Shown: positions 39,163 through 52,909, counted from the first letter of the whole stretch. The stretch is DNA of 63,057 nt, filler included, from Octopus bimaculoides (GCF_001194135.2; 5 parts of 5 records of this genome joined end to end with filler, not necessarily neighbours in it); one strand, 5' to 3'. Notes: generated by a model not told the origin, from the sequence alone. Numbers and translations: made by a program.

Positions 39163-40231
39163 TATACACATATGATGATATGACTGATCGCTACTCATGT
39201 TTCTATTCAATGAATTTTAAATATCAATTTAAGTTTAGATTATTTGCAGTGAATTCATTCATCATTTCATGAAAGGAGAGGTTCCCAATCTGTAACATGC
39301 AATTTAATTTGAATTTGATACTACAATGCAAAGATACATAACTGCGCGTTATCGGCAAATCGATCCATACATATATAAATATGCTCGCGAGCATGTATGT
39401 GTGTGTGTGTGTGTGCGTGTGAGTGTTTTTTGTGTGCACGTATGAGCGTGAGTGCATGTTTGTAGATGTATGTGTATGTGTGAGCGTGCACCTGTGCGTG
39501 GATTTACCTGAATATTTTCAGCAATTATTGCATGAGAAATATCTTGCCCAATTAACCAGTACAGTCAGCAGTAACATGAAAATACACATGTGCTTCAATA
39601 TCGTCTCGATAGATTTACGCAAACAACATAATATAAATTCCTAAACACACAGACACACACACACGCGCGCGCACACGGATATATTTGAATATGCACACAT
39701 GTATGTGTGTGTGTGTATACATGCATGCTTGCATGCATATGTGTGTGGATGGAGTGTAGATGCATGGTTGTTGCGTGTGTGTTTCAATACGCAGAGGGTA
39801 TTCATATGGATTACGAAAATGTTGTTTATATAGTCGTGCTCATATTCAATATTTAATCTTGAAATAAGTAAACAGTGCTGAACTTCTAAGGCAAGACCAA
39901 TAACTGATCATATTTCATTAATGATAATATTATCAGTTGTTAAGCATTAAATTAAAATGATTTATTATAAACATCCGTGCGATATTGCAAATACTTACTG
40001 CACTTTATGTTTAGAGTTACAATGATCATACATTCATTGTTTATTTAAAAATTCCAATTATTTCGATTCATCGGAGCTGGTATGAAGAGGGTATATCAAG
40101 TGAAACGCCAGGTGCTTCAAGTGTTGGTTTCTTTCAGCTTCAGTTCCTTTCAGTGAAGTGGAATATTTTCATGCACTTTTGTAGCTACTACGCGAATAAT
40201 CACATAAAAAATCGCAATTAAGCTACCAATA

Positions 40232-40262
<31 letters not shown>

Positions 40263-41334
40263 NNNNNNNNNNNNNNNNNNNNNNNNNNNNNNNNNNNNNN
40301 NNNNNNNNNNNNNNNNNNNNNNNNNNNNNNNNNNNNNNNNNNNNNNNNNNNNNNNNNNNNNNNNNNNNNNNNNNNNNNNNNNNNNNNNNNNNNNNNNNNN
40401 NNNNNNNNNNNNNNNNNNNNNNNNNNNNNNNNNNNNNNNNNNNNNNNNNNNNNNNNNNNNNNNNNNNNNNNNNNNNNNNNNNNNNNNNNNNNNNNNNNNN
40501 NNNNNNNNNNNNNNNNNNNNNNNNNNNNNNNNNNNNNNNNNNNNNNNNNNNNNNNNNNNNNNNNNNNNNNNNNNNNNNNNNNNNNNNNNNNNNNNNNNNN
40601 NNNNNNNNNNNNNNNNNNNNNNNNNNNNNNNNNNNNNNNNNNNNNNNNNNNNNNNNNNNNNNNNNNNNNNNNNNNNNNNNNNNNNNNNNNNNNNNNNNNN
40701 NNNNNNNNNNNNNNNNNNNNNNNNNNNNNNNNNNNNNNNNNNNNNNNNNNNNNNNNNNNNNNNNNNNNNNNNNNNNNNNNNNNNNNNNNNNNNNNNNNNN
40801 NNNNNNNNNNNNNNNNNNNNNNNNNNNNNNNNNNNNNNNNNNNNNNNNNNNNNNNNNNNNNNNNNNNNNNNNNNNNNNNNNNNNNNNNNNNNNNNNNNNN
40901 NNNNNNNNNNNNNNNNNNATATATATATATATATATAAATGTGTGTGTGCGTGTGTTTGTGAGTTTGTGTGTTTGCCTGTGTGTGTATGTGTGTTTGTGG
41001 GTATGTGTTCGCGCGTTCCCAAAATACGATAATACACAAACAAATATCACAAAATTATAGTAAATAACAAACACATGCAAATTTTTATACATCCAGATTG
41101 TAGCCATGTCTAGAAACGTGCTGTACTCAATGAAACAATGGCAAGTACATTTTTCCTTTCCTTGTTATATATAAAATCATATGCCTTGGCGTAATTTAAT
41201 ATCTCTGTCCAGTATGGATATAAAAAATTCGTAATCAGACTCAGATAATTTGAGACTACAATCATATTCTAAGAATTTTTATTACGTAATAGTATTATCT
41301 AATGTGAAATGAAGCCACTAAATACATCTTTTAT

Positions 41335-41722
41335 TCTGTACGTGTTCCAGTCGTTTGGCTGCAACAATAGTGAGTCTTGAATAACTTATCAGTCGAATGA
41401 CTGATTAAATCGACTCCAGAACTTCTTTTTAAAGCCTGGTACATATTTCATCAATCACTTTTATTGGACCGCTAAGTTGCGTAGACGTAAACACATTAAC
41501 ACCGGTTGTCAAGCGGTGCTGTGGACAAAGACCGACAGAAAGATGGACACACACATATTTAAATATATGTTTACGGGTCTCTATTAGTTTCGTGCACGAT
41601 TCACAATGCATTCGTCGGACCGAGGCTACTGTAGAAGACACCTGCACAAGGTGCACGCAGGGTCATTGATCACAGAACCATGTTGCCGAGAAATAATCTT
41701 CTTACCACACAGTCTCACCTGT
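41335..41722 (-). mobile_element. SINE family A, old near-full-length copy
   Basis: Reverse complement matches the head, middle and tail of family A. Confidence 0.75.
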
Positions 41723-41854
41723 CCTTTTTTTTTTTAACACACAGGCATAATTGCACCTATAAACAAACTCACCTGTTTTGTACTTATAAATATATATACC
41801 AAACGTGGAGGTGTATTTCCATGCAGGAAAAACTATAGGCAACTTTGTTGTTGA

Positions 41855-42531
41855 AAATGCACCTAAATTTAAAATACTTGTAATTGTTTAAAATTAATTT
41901 ATTTCCATATACACAAAATTATTTTCTATTTAACAATAGTAAAAATTAAGAATTATGAATTAGAAATACATGTTTAAAAAATTTAATGTTGACAAGTTTA
42001 AATGTTCAAAACAGACAAATTTAGAATTATGAATTAGAAAAACATGTTTAAAAGTTTCAATGTTGAAAAGTTTCAATGTTCGTAACAGTCAATAATATAA
42101 AAAACTGCGCATCAACTTGTTTGAATGTACAAAATTCATTAGTGAGACTAGTGATGGACAAGAAATAAATATCATCAAATTTTCAGTCATATAAAGTTAA
42201 GAAGGAGTGAAACAAGGCAGGAATGAAGATAGTAAATAAAGGGATTTGGTTTACAATTTCTCTGATTCTGTTTCCGTCATGTGGAGGTATTTTTGCTTGT
42301 AACGATGTGTTTTGGAATCCGGTGTATTTATATTTTTTTTCCGTGAGCGGATCTGATTTTTGATTCGTTAAAGTGCTGATGACGCCGCCGGTACTTTTAA
42401 ACAGGTATTTCTAATTCATAATTCTAAATTTATATCATTGATAAACAAAAGAACATTGTTGAAACTAGTTTGGTATATATGTAAATAAATTTATTTTAAA
42501 CAATTACAAGTTTTTCAAATTTAGGTGCATT
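41855..42531. mobile_element. MITE-like element with ~130 bp inverted arms
   Basis: AATGCACCTAAATTT.AAA.ACTTGTAATTGTTTAAAAT... at 41855-41982 is the reverse complement of 42396-42531. Confidence 0.7.
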
Positions 42532-42887
42532 TAGCTCAAAGAAGCCATCGCCTCTAGCTAGCTATGTGATACACAAAACTGTGTCTATTATAACTTTAGA
42601 ACAGGGGAGGTCAGCCGCTTCCCCTTGCTGAACTGGCATCTACAGACTACTTTCTGGGTATTTGCCTCTTATCAATGTAGAGCAGCCGAATCCAGCAGGC
42701 GTCGCTGCTGACCGTCAGTTCGAAGGATTATTTAGCTAAATTTAGTGGAATACTTCCACTGTTTTTGAAACTAGTCTGGAGATGCCAGACCAGCAAGCNN
42801 NNNNNNNNNNNNNNNNNNNNNNNNNNNNNNNNNNNNNNNNNNNNNNNNNNNNNNNNNNNNNNNNNNNNNNNNNNNNNNNNNNNNNNN

Positions 42888-44140
42888 TAAAGCCTTGGGA
42901 ACAGGTTCGAACGCTGATGTCATATATCTTGACTTCAGTAAAGCGTTCTTACAAAATTGGCAAATGTTGGAGTCCGGGAAAAACTTCTACACTGGATTAA
43001 GTATTTCCTGGAGAATAGAACCAAGAATTTGTGGTCGGTGGAGTCCACTCAAGCCCAGCAAAAGTCACCAGCGGTGTCCCTCAGGAGACTGTCTTGGGCC
43101 CGCTCCTCTTTATAATTTATATAAATGACCTTTCCAGCCTCATAAATCACTGCAAAGGGAAAATATTTGCTGATGACACTAAGCTCCAGCAAATCAACAA
43201 TGAGGAGGAAGATCGAACCCAACACCAGTCTGATCTTTATGCTGTGAATCAATGGGCAGATAAAAACAAAATGAAACTGAACGAGGGAAAATTTGAGCTG
43301 ATGCATTTTGGAAGAAAGTCTATATTAAAACAGCCATACTCTCTTCCTTCAGGGGAACCGCTCACGGCATCCAATAATATCAGAGATCTGGGTGTACTTG
43401 TTGACAACAATCTCAATTGGAGTGCCCACCTCAACAATAAGGTCAATATAGCTCGTAGGATGAGCTCCTGGAACTTAAGAACCTTCCGGTCCAGAGAACA
43501 TGGTGTCATCATTCCACTTTTCTCCTCTTTTGTACGGCCACACCTCGAATACTGCTGTCCCAAGTGGTATCCCCATATAAAACAAAACATCTCGAGGATT
43601 GAATCACCCCAGAGGGCACTCACCAAACGAGCTGAAGGCATGACAGATCTTGATTACTGGGACCACCTTAAAGCCTTGAAGCTTTACTCTGTCCAGCGCC
43701 GCCGCGAGCGGTACATAATTTGTACGATGTGGAAAATATACCACAAGCATTGCCCAAATGACCTGAGCATTAGTTTCAAGGTTCATCCAAGGGTGGGACC
43801 ACGGGCCATCTCTCCCCTACACAATTCAGGATCACAACATATAGGTATACTGCGGCATAATTTCTTTTCCTCAACAGGCCCTGCCTTGTTTAACACTGTC
43901 CCGAAACAGATACAAGAGGAAAAGGATCCTATCAGCTTTAAACGGAATCTAGACAGTTTTCTTCAAAGAATACCAGACAACCACCCATACCAGGATACAA
44001 CTCATTCAATAAGAACTCACTACTTCAATGGATCATAAACAAAATTGGACTGTAAAAAGGATTTAGATAATCCTATCAGGTGGTGCTATTAAGTTAGACA
44101 TGGCCTGGACCAATCTTTGGTCAAAACATATGTAAGTTTT
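42888..44140 (+). mobile_element. CR1-like LINE RT and 3' end (ORF 43031-44038)
   Basis: ADVIYLDFSKAF, SGVPQ..VLGPLLFIIYINDL, FADDTK, RPHLEYC, RRRERY motifs; frameshift at the 5' end; 3' stem-loop tail. Confidence 0.92.
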
Positions 44141-44153
44141 ATCTACGTTTTAT

Positions 44154-44196
<43 letters not shown>

Positions 44197-45031
44197 CATA
44201 TATATATACACATATATATACATATNNNNNNNNNNNNNNNNNNNNNNNNNNNNNNNNNNNNNNNNNNNNNNNNNNNNNNNNNNNNNNNNNNNNNNNNNNN
44301 NNNNNNNNNNNNNNNNNNNNNNNNNNNNNNNNNNNNNNNNNNNNNNNNNNNNNNNNNNNNNNNNNNNNNNNNNNNNNNNNNNNNNNNNNNNNNNNNNNNN
44401 NNNNNNNNNNNNNNNNNNNNNNNNNNNNNNNNNNNNNNNNNNNNNNNNNNNNNNNNNNNNNNNNNNNNNNNNNNNNNNNNNNNNNNNNNNNNNNNNNNNN
44501 NNNNNNNNNNNNNNNNNNNNNNNNNNNNNNNNNNNNNNNNNNNNNNNNNNNNNNNNNNNNNNNNNNNNNNNNNNNNNNNNNNNNNNNNNNNNNNNNNNNN
44601 NNNNNNNNNNNNNNNNNNNNNNNNNNNNNNNNNNNNNNNNNNNNNNNNNNNNNNNNNNNNNNNNNNNNNNNNNNNNNNNNNNNNNNNNNNNNNNNNNNNN
44701 NNNNNNNNNNNNNNNNNNNNNNNNNNNNNNNNNNNNNNNNNNNNNNNNNNNNNNNNNNNNNNNNNNNNNNNNNNNNNNNNNNNNNNNNNNNNNNATATAT
44801 AGAAAGAAAGATAGTATTATTAATTGAAAAATAATAATAGAAGTCGCTAGCAAGCATAAAATAATGAAAAAGGCAAAATTCTTGATTTATAATCTGGGTA
44901 CAAGGTAGTACACAGCATTGCTAGAATGAAGAGTCCAGACTGCTCAATATTCACAGTAAATCACTGATGCGCACTGGTGAATTGTAGGAAACGAGTAAAA
45001 GCAAGAAAATCGCAAAAGGATTTTGCAGACG

Positions 45032-45090
45032 TACTCATATTACGAGATTTCGAATCCCTGTGATAAACACGTAGTACTCCTCAGTGAGTA
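45032..45090 (-). ncRNA. Hammerhead motif, left arm (stems II/III degenerate)
   Basis: UACUCA-CUGAGGA-GUAC...GAUUC-GAAA-UCUCGUA-AUA-UGAGUA: perfect 6 bp stem I, intact core, AUA triplet. Confidence 0.6.
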
Positions 45091-45348
45091 TTACTACCTA
45101 GGGCTAAATATACTTGAGTCACCAAGAGTCTTTTAACCATATGAATGTAGCGGCAAATTTAAAATGATCGAAGTGAATAAAATTATAAAAATATATAAAG
45201 ATACTATTAACAATAAAAAGCAATTATATAAGCCTAAACTAAACAAAAAAGTAAAATTATTAATTTATGATCAGTGTACTAGATCGTACACAACCTTGTT
45301 AGAAATAATAGTCCAAACTGCACAAGTGTATTTAGCCCTAGGTAATAA

Positions 45349-45406
45349 TACCCATTGATGAGGACTAAGTGTTTATCACAGGGTTCGAAACCACGTGATA
45401 TGAGTA
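45349..45406 (+). ncRNA. Hammerhead motif, right arm (C3 mutated)
   Basis: UACCCA-UUGAUGA-GGAC...GUUC-GAAA-CCACGUG-AUA-UGAGUA. Confidence 0.55.
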
Positions 45407-46602
45407 CATCTATGAACTCATTTTGCGATTTTTCACGCTGTTGGCAAGTTGGCTTTTTATATACTCGTTTCCTCGTATTCACCAATGTCTAAAGTGATTT
45501 ATCGTGGTTTTTAAGCCGTTTGGACTCTTATTTCTAGCAATGCTCTGTACTACTTTGTACCCTCATTTTATATATGTGTGTGTTTGTGTGTGTGTTTGTA
45601 TACAGCACCGCCACCACCATTTAATATTCTCCGAATTATTTGTAACAGTTTACTATTTCAACCAGAAAACAGATGCCAATGTAGTATAGGATTTTTTTAG
45701 AACCGGAATATAATTGGTGCGATGTATTTATAATATTCCAAAGCATTTAAACGTTCTTTACAACTTAAATACGTACCAGAATACTAATCTATTTTCATAC
45801 AATATCATTCTAATTAAAGCCTCTGACTCAAGCTTGTACAGTTAGTAAATAATGCAAGACTTATTGATTGGAGGCAAGTATATCTATTGGTAATGTGAAA
45901 ATAACAGGAATTCATGTGTTGCATTAATTTCTTTATATATATTTACATATCTCTATTAACTAGCGCATTAAATGCTAATAATCAGAGCTAATATTTTACA
46001 ATAATTCATTAAATTGCAAATCTCTTGTTCTATTTTAACGCATCAATTATAATTACCATGCGATTTTTTATCGCTTTATCGACAGAGTTTTAGTAGTATC
46101 TAGAATAAACAACAATAGTTTTTTTTTATTATTATTTACCCATTAGATAACATTTAAAGTGTTACTTTGACATATAGTATACATGTACATATACGTATAT
46201 GAATTAGCGACTCAGATTTTTGTTTTCAATAGAAAGATTTATAATATACGACTAACTGTATGATACATAAAAGATATTACTAGTAAGTACATGTCAGTAT
46301 GAAAAGTTATAATGCAAAATATTTACGAGATGGTCAAGGACCTGTTGAACAGTAGTAACAGCAAACTATTACATAAAGTATTACAAACGTACTCATTACT
46401 ATGAGACAACTGTAGGTGATACGCGTAGGGAATATTACATGATAAATGTACTAAGGATCTTCGGTATAAATCTCCGGACAAATAACTAGTCTAAGCAAAG
46501 AAATATATATGTACCTAGAACGCAAATGTTTTACATATGTCCGTAAAAGGATTTTGATTTTTTCGAGGAACAACATCAGCATAAATATGTCTGTATATTC
46601 TA

Positions 46603-46816
46603 AGGCGGCGAGCTGAAAGGATCGTTAGCACACTGGGCAAAATGCTTAGCGGCATTTCGTCCGTCTTTACGTTCTGAGTTCAGATTCCGCCAAGGCCGAT
46701 TTTGCTTTTCATCCTTCCGGTGTCGACCAAATAAGTACCAGTTCAGCATTGGGATCGATATAATCGACTTACCTCCAATCCCCGAATTCCTGGCCTTGTA
46801 CCAAAATTTGAAACCA
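46603..46816 (+). mobile_element. SINE family C, full length
   Basis: GGCGGCGAGCTG...CTGAGTTCAGATTCC...AAGTACCAGT...GGCCTTGT. Confidence 0.85.
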
Positions 46817-47179
46817 GCATGTCTATAGATTCTTGATAATTTTCATGGATATGAACCTATATCACATTACCTATATATTCTGTAATATTATTACTATTAT
46901 GGTCATTACTGTTATTATTTTTGATATCCTCGTTGTGATAAATGAGGAACTTGTTGATACAATTGTTAGTTAAGGGAAAAAAATAAGTCATTTTTTTTTC
47001 GGCTCTTACATTCTGGCTTCAATTCTTCTGAAGGCCAACGTTACCTTTTATCCTTTCGCGATCTACAAGTCGACAAGATAGAATACTGGTTAAATTCCTG
47101 GGTCGATGACATTGTATTTCCCCTTCCCCACAAATTACAACCTTGCATCAAAATATTAGTAATGACAATGATAACAATT

Positions 47180-47180
47180 A

Positions 47181-47231
<51 letters not shown>

Positions 47232-47296
47232 CATCATCATCATCATCATCAGTAGTAGTAGTCGTAGTAGTACTAGTACTACTACTAGTAGTAGTG

Positions 47297-47348
<52 letters not shown>

Positions 47349-47357
47349 CAGCAGCAG
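47180..47357. repeat. Compound trinucleotide array (ATT)n(ATC)n(AGT)n(AGC)n
   Basis: Direct tandem repeats. Confidence 0.95.
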
Positions 47358-48298
47358 TATGATTTAGTTGTTGCTTTGTTTTATGGGAGTTGCTCTGAAT
47401 AATATGTGCCCTGTACTCTTGAAAACATTTTTTTTATAATTGCGGTACTTGGTATTTGATTATAGTATTCAAGAGTTCTATTTAGTACTATCCTTGAAGC
47501 TACGATGATCACATGCAAACTTATCGTTCCCAGATACCACATTTTTTAGACCTTTATTTCAACGTATACAGTTGTATTTAATTAAATTTTCAATGGTTTC
47601 TACAAAATAATTAGTGTGATGGGACTCATATAATTATAAATCTTTCATCTAATTCAGTATTTCAGTAATATCAGACACGGTAGCAATCACCCATATGATA
47701 GCTGAATGTATCGAATACTCTGAATTAAATTTGGGCATTAAAACAAGTATAAGTCCTTACAAATATATTGTTTACATTATTTCTAATTTCATATACGTAA
47801 TATCATTGAGTTCCATGGTTCCTAGATAAATGCATCCATTGTTAACGTATTCTGTAAAAATTATGATTATCATTATTGTTGTTGTTATCACATCATCATC
47901 ATTGTATTTACTATTATCTATTCACTTTCCTTATTATTTGGAGCAGATCGCAATAACCTTCTGTTACCATTATACACTAAGTAGTAGTCCACCTGGTATA
48001 ATTTACTTCCAAATAATACTATATATTCTCACTAGCTATGTTACTATTCAGTTAACTTAGCTACCGACGTGATTCCAATTATCAGCTTCTAGCCTTTTAA
48101 TATTTTATCATTTAACTATTATTCTTCTAATCATAAAATGTAAATTTCAGCATACATCTTTAAGAAACAAAACCTAAGTATCATAATAAATACTAACATG
48201 TCAAATAACAGATTTAACACCAAATGTGTCATGCAGGGAAATCCAAAATATTCTACAAAGCTTATAATTTGATCTACAGTTAAGCCAAAATTACACCA

Positions 48299-48343
48299 CC
48301 GTGGTGCTGAACACCACCGAGCTTGTGGTGATCAGCACCACGG
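48299..48343. other. GC-rich hairpin (19 bp stem with one mismatch, 7 nt loop)
   Basis: CCGTGGTGCTGAACACCAC-CGAGCTT-GTGGTGATCAGCACCACGG. Confidence 0.8.
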
Positions 48344-49710
48344 ATGTCGTTATTTCAGTAGCTATGAAGCTGCACAGTACAAGACATTCTACATTTTTTT
48401 TTTTTTTGCGATAGAGACATTTTTTACATAAATTTTCAAGTGATGACTCGATTTTTCAAACTTAACAGTTTTACATTGTAGTTTAATGATGGTCAACTTG
48501 GATATATATTTAGTTGACTTAAGATATTACTATTAGTTTAAAATGCCGCAATGCTTGGTTCAGAACGAAAACACCAATATGCAGGCAAAGTGTGAGAGTA
48601 CTAGAGAAAAATAATGCTATCAAGTGCACTCTAGTAAACAGGCGCTGTAATTCTCCATCAAAACACGACTTTGCACTTAACACTTCCGACCATTCTAAAC
48701 CTGCAGATTTTGTACCGTAGTTTATATTTTTATCCTTGTAAGACAAACAAGTAAAATATAACTTAAGTGCGATTTCTTTATGCAATAAGCGAAATTTCCT
48801 TTCTAAATTTTCGCAAACTAACTCTCAGCAGCATGTTCTCTTCCTCTATGTAACGAAAAACTACATGGAGGTTTGAGGCAAACTTGGATAAGAGAAGTCA
48901 ATAGTTTTGTCTGTTTAAGTTGGTTCAGAGATAATTCTGATCGCTATATGCTTATAATTCGGAACTTCCATTTCCCAGAAATCAGTGACGATAACACATA
49001 AAACATTTGGTATGAAGATAGAGCGACTGCAGATACAGCAATACATTTATTGGGTGGTCTGATCTATATAATTTGATCATTTTTTTTAAGCAACATCAAA
49101 GGACGTAACATAGCAAATAAGGAGTGTACACTATAAGAAGTGTAAATTACTAGTCGTCTATAATTTGGATTAATTCTCTAACGTGGATAAGCGGAGCAAA
49201 AATTCGAAACTAGGCTACCAGTATGTGCTGAAATCAATGGGAAGCGCTTGTGTACATCATTTTCAATATTAATGAACGCTATGCATGTACTTTTCATATT
49301 TTTATAAATGACACCTTCATCATACCATTTACACAATCATTGTTAATAGTTTATATTTTCCCAGAGTGTATTAATTTAAAATATTTCAGAGTTCCTTACC
49401 ATGTTGAAGCATGCAGTATTTATGATGAAATATACATGCAAGACATATATGCGTGTATACACTGACACTCTCACGCACACAGACACAGATATATATATNN
49501 NNNNNNNNNNNNNNNNNNNNNNNNNNNNNNNNNNNNNNNNNNNNNNNNNNNNNNNNNNNNNNNNNNNNNNNNNNNNNNNNNNNNNNNNNNNNNNNNNNNN
49601 NNNNNNNNNNNNNNNNNNNNNNNNNNNNNNNNNNNNNNNNNNNNNNNNNNNNNNNNNNNNNNNNNNNNNNNNNNNNNNNNNNNNNNNNNNTATATATATA
49701 TATATATATT

Positions 49711-50070
49711 TGCTGGAGTGGCTGTGTGGTAAGTAGCTTGCTTACCAACCACATGGTTCAGGGTTCAGTACCACTGCGTGATCTTCGACAAGTGTCTTCT
49801 ACTATAGCAGCGGGCTAACCAAATCCTTGTGAGTGGATTTGGTAGACGGAAACTGAAAGATACTCGTAGAATATATGTGTGTTTGTGTGTTTGTCCTCCG
49901 CACAACCGATGCTGGTGTGTTTAGGTTTCCATAACTTAGCCGTTCGGCAAAAGAGACCGATAGAAGAAAGTAATAGGCTTACAACGAATAAGTGTTGGGG
50001 CCGATTTTTTCTACAAAAATGGTGCTCCAGCATGGCCGCTGCGAAATGACTGAAACAAATAAGAGAATAA
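49711..50070 (+). mobile_element. SINE family A, full length
   Basis: Matches 18257-18630 end to end. Confidence 0.9.
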
Positions 50071-50159
50071 AATAATATAAATAGATATATATACTTCGTT
50101 ATTAAAGCAGCAAAAACATAACAAAATATCACAAAAATCTGCTACTCAGAGTTTCACAT

Positions 50160-50780
50160 AACTGTAATTATATCCTTAAGTGCAAGGCGAATTTTACAAA
50201 TTATTTTAAGATTTTGGTTAGATTTGCGAATTTTGGGGAGAATATCGCGTCCTTTCATATTGGTTTCTTTAAATTTCAGCCATTCAATCATGGTTTGATT
50301 TTTTAGATCATGTAGTTCTGTTGGGTCAATTTCTGTGTGAATTTCTTCATCTATCTGATTTTCATCTGCCTTAGTGTTTATGGTTGGTTCAGAGAGAATT
50401 TCACTTTGCCTATCAGTTACATTAACTCTTTCAGTAATTACTGCATTTTCATGAGCCCTGGGCTGGTCTATAATTATTTCCCCTATAGTATCTTCTTTAG
50501 CTGCAGCTTTGGTTTTTTATCCCTTACTGCTTGTTTAATTTGATCAATTTCTACTTCGGTTATTAATTTTTTTTCATAATGTTTCTTCTGACGTTGTCAG
50601 TTTGTTACTGTCTATGTAGGGTCTTTCTTCAAGTTATTTCTGTCTCCAGTATAAGTAGGTTTGTACAGTATTAGATTTATTTGTGAGGAAATATATGGCA
50701 TGGTAGAAACCCGCCGTAAGAACTTCTTTATTATCTTTCCTAGACCATTTTTCGTTCTTTTTCTTCTCTTTTGGTTATTT
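50160..50780 (-). mobile_element. Probable N-terminal ORF remnant of an R4/Dong-type retroelement
   Basis: With frameshifts reads KWSRKDNKEVLTAGFYHA...ERPYIDSNKLTT...KKLITEVEIDQIKQAV, resembling R4-clade N-termini as I recall them (not searched). Confidence 0.5.
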
Positions 50781-50902
50781 GATGACGAGCATGGATGGCC
50801 ATGTGTTGGAATATTCCGGTTGTGGGGTACTTCCAACTCCTCTGTGTGAGGAAGATTTGAACCAGTAGCTGATTTTCCGTCTCGAATCTGGTTCAACATT
50901 CG

Positions 50903-51310
50903 AGTACGTGGCCCTTTATACTACGGTCGATGTCCTTTCCGGTTTGTATTTTGCTTTGTTAGCAGTGAGGCATGACGAGCCTCGACGTTTACATTAGGGG
51001 ATAGGTCTATCTGTTTAGGGTTAATATTTTTGAGACAACACCGTCTTCGAGTTCTCTGCATGTAAACATTGCTGGTAACGTAGCTTCTTAAGGATCACAG
51101 AACTATATGGAGTACGTGGCCCTTTGTGATCCGGTCGACGACTAATTTGATTTGTATTTTGCTTTGTTATCTTTGAGGCGTGACGATCTTCGACGTTGAC
51201 ATTAGGGAAAGGATTTGTCTGTTTAGAGTCAATTTTTTGAGACAACACTGTCACTGAGTTCTCTGCATGTAAACATTACTAGCAACGTAGCTTCTTAAGG
51301 CTAACAGATC
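50903..51310. repeat. Two diverged tandem copies of a 207 bp unit
   Basis: GAGTACGTGGCCCTTT at 50903 and 51110; shared TCTCTGCATGTAAACATT and CGTAGCTTCTTAAGG. Confidence 0.85.
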
Positions 51311-51869
51311 TGTATTCGTCTGTATTTTTTTTGTTGATAGATTTATTTCCGAGCAAATTTTTTATGGTGTTTTCAAACTAATGAATGGTTCACTCTTTCT
51401 GTGTTAGTTCAAAAAATGAAAAGAAAAACAATTTTGTTTCTGTTTTTGCTTCTTTTTTGACACGTGTCTTCATATGCGTGAATGTGTGTCCTGTAAATTT
51501 CACGTAGTTGTGTAAACATTGAGATGTATGGGTAGTCTTATTGGTATCAAAATGTATATATGATTGTGTAGAAATTCGAGTGTTTGAGTAATAACTCAAT
51601 TAATGTACTTACTATAGTGTTCCGTTTCTATTTTATAGTTTGTAAACTTTCCGGTGTTGATTTCGCGTGTGTGTTTCGCACATGTTTCGCTTCGACATGG
51701 TGCATGTGTTTTGTATGGCAGTAAAATTTGTTTCTTTTTATTTCCGTTGAAAGACCACTTCCTTCAAGTCTCCCACAGGTTCCTTTATCTAATTCCCTCG
51801 ATGTTACTGGATTAGATTTGCTTTTGAATGGGGAGACCGGTGTAGCACATCCATGCTGTTATTTGTTCC

Positions 51870-52309
51870 TATTATTATTATTTTCATTTTATCACAGGTT
51901 TTGTTGGAACTGCTGGAGTCTTGCATACGCAGCGGGCTTACTACCTCCAGCCTACTGTACCATGCTATTCGTTCTTCTCAGCTATTTCATACTTTCCTGA
52001 TTATCTCGGCCGTGCCAAGTATGCACACATTTTGTAACAGTTATCGTGGGCACTCTATTCCAATTTCCTTTTTATTCCTTCTCGATGCCTTCTTATAAGA
52101 TCTCGAGTTCGATACGCACGCAGTCTTTTAGACTTATCAGTCCCGTTCCTCCATTTGCTCTCTTCATATATAGGTGATCAGTGTCTGTTCGTGGATGATG
52201 GGCTTCATGCATTGTTGGGAGCTCTTTGACTTCCTGTCCATCTTCTTTAGCTCCTCCTCTGTCCACTTCAGGATTCTAGCTTCATACCGATCTACCGCGA
52301 CTGCGCGCG

Positions 52310-52310
<1 letters not shown>
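51870..52310 (-). mobile_element. Internally deleted R4/Dong-type retroelement 3' part
   Basis: ILKWTEEELKKMDRK../TMHEAHHPRTDTDHLYMKRANGGTGLISL joined to the terminal LLQNVCILGTAEIIRKV*; TAA repeats at both ends. Confidence 0.8.
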
Positions 52311-52351
<41 letters not shown>

Positions 52352-52909
52352 GAGTGAGAGAGAAGTGCATGCCATCAAAGTGACATTGGGGTAAAATATA
52401 CGAAGTCCATTATACCCATCATGACTACCCGTCTGATAAGGGTACACCAGGCACATGCATCACAACCATATGTGCGCGACATAGAGATCTCATATCAAGA
52501 TAAACAGCGCATTACCTTGCAGGTGGGGCCAAGTTAGAATTTTCTTTTCTTTAGGTCGAGTAACCCATCTCGCTCAAAAGGTCCCTGAATAAGGTTTGTT
52601 TAAGGATGTTGAGCAAAACACCCATGTTTCCAAAGGTGAATTATTCAAACCCCAAATAATTCCTCTCAAGACATGGTTATGATGCTCCTCCACTACTTCT
52701 GCTCATGATCAGAGATGCACTTATCGTCACCCACCAAAGGATATGCTCAACTGGTTAAGGCGAAACAACTGACAAGCAAATTTGTGGTATTGAGCAGAAT
52801 ATTTGCTGTAGTCCTATCTTCTATACCAGAAAAAACAATGTACATGATAACACTTCCAATCAGTTAAGATGAGAAGCCATGAAAGCCACTACCTGGTACT
52901 GCATCAGGG

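Larger units (their letters stand above)
44958..45500. mobile_element. Element with ~155-175 bp inverted arms, each carrying a hammerhead motif
   Basis: 44958-45113 is a diverged reverse complement of 45328-45500, with an AT-rich spacer. Confidence 0.8.
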
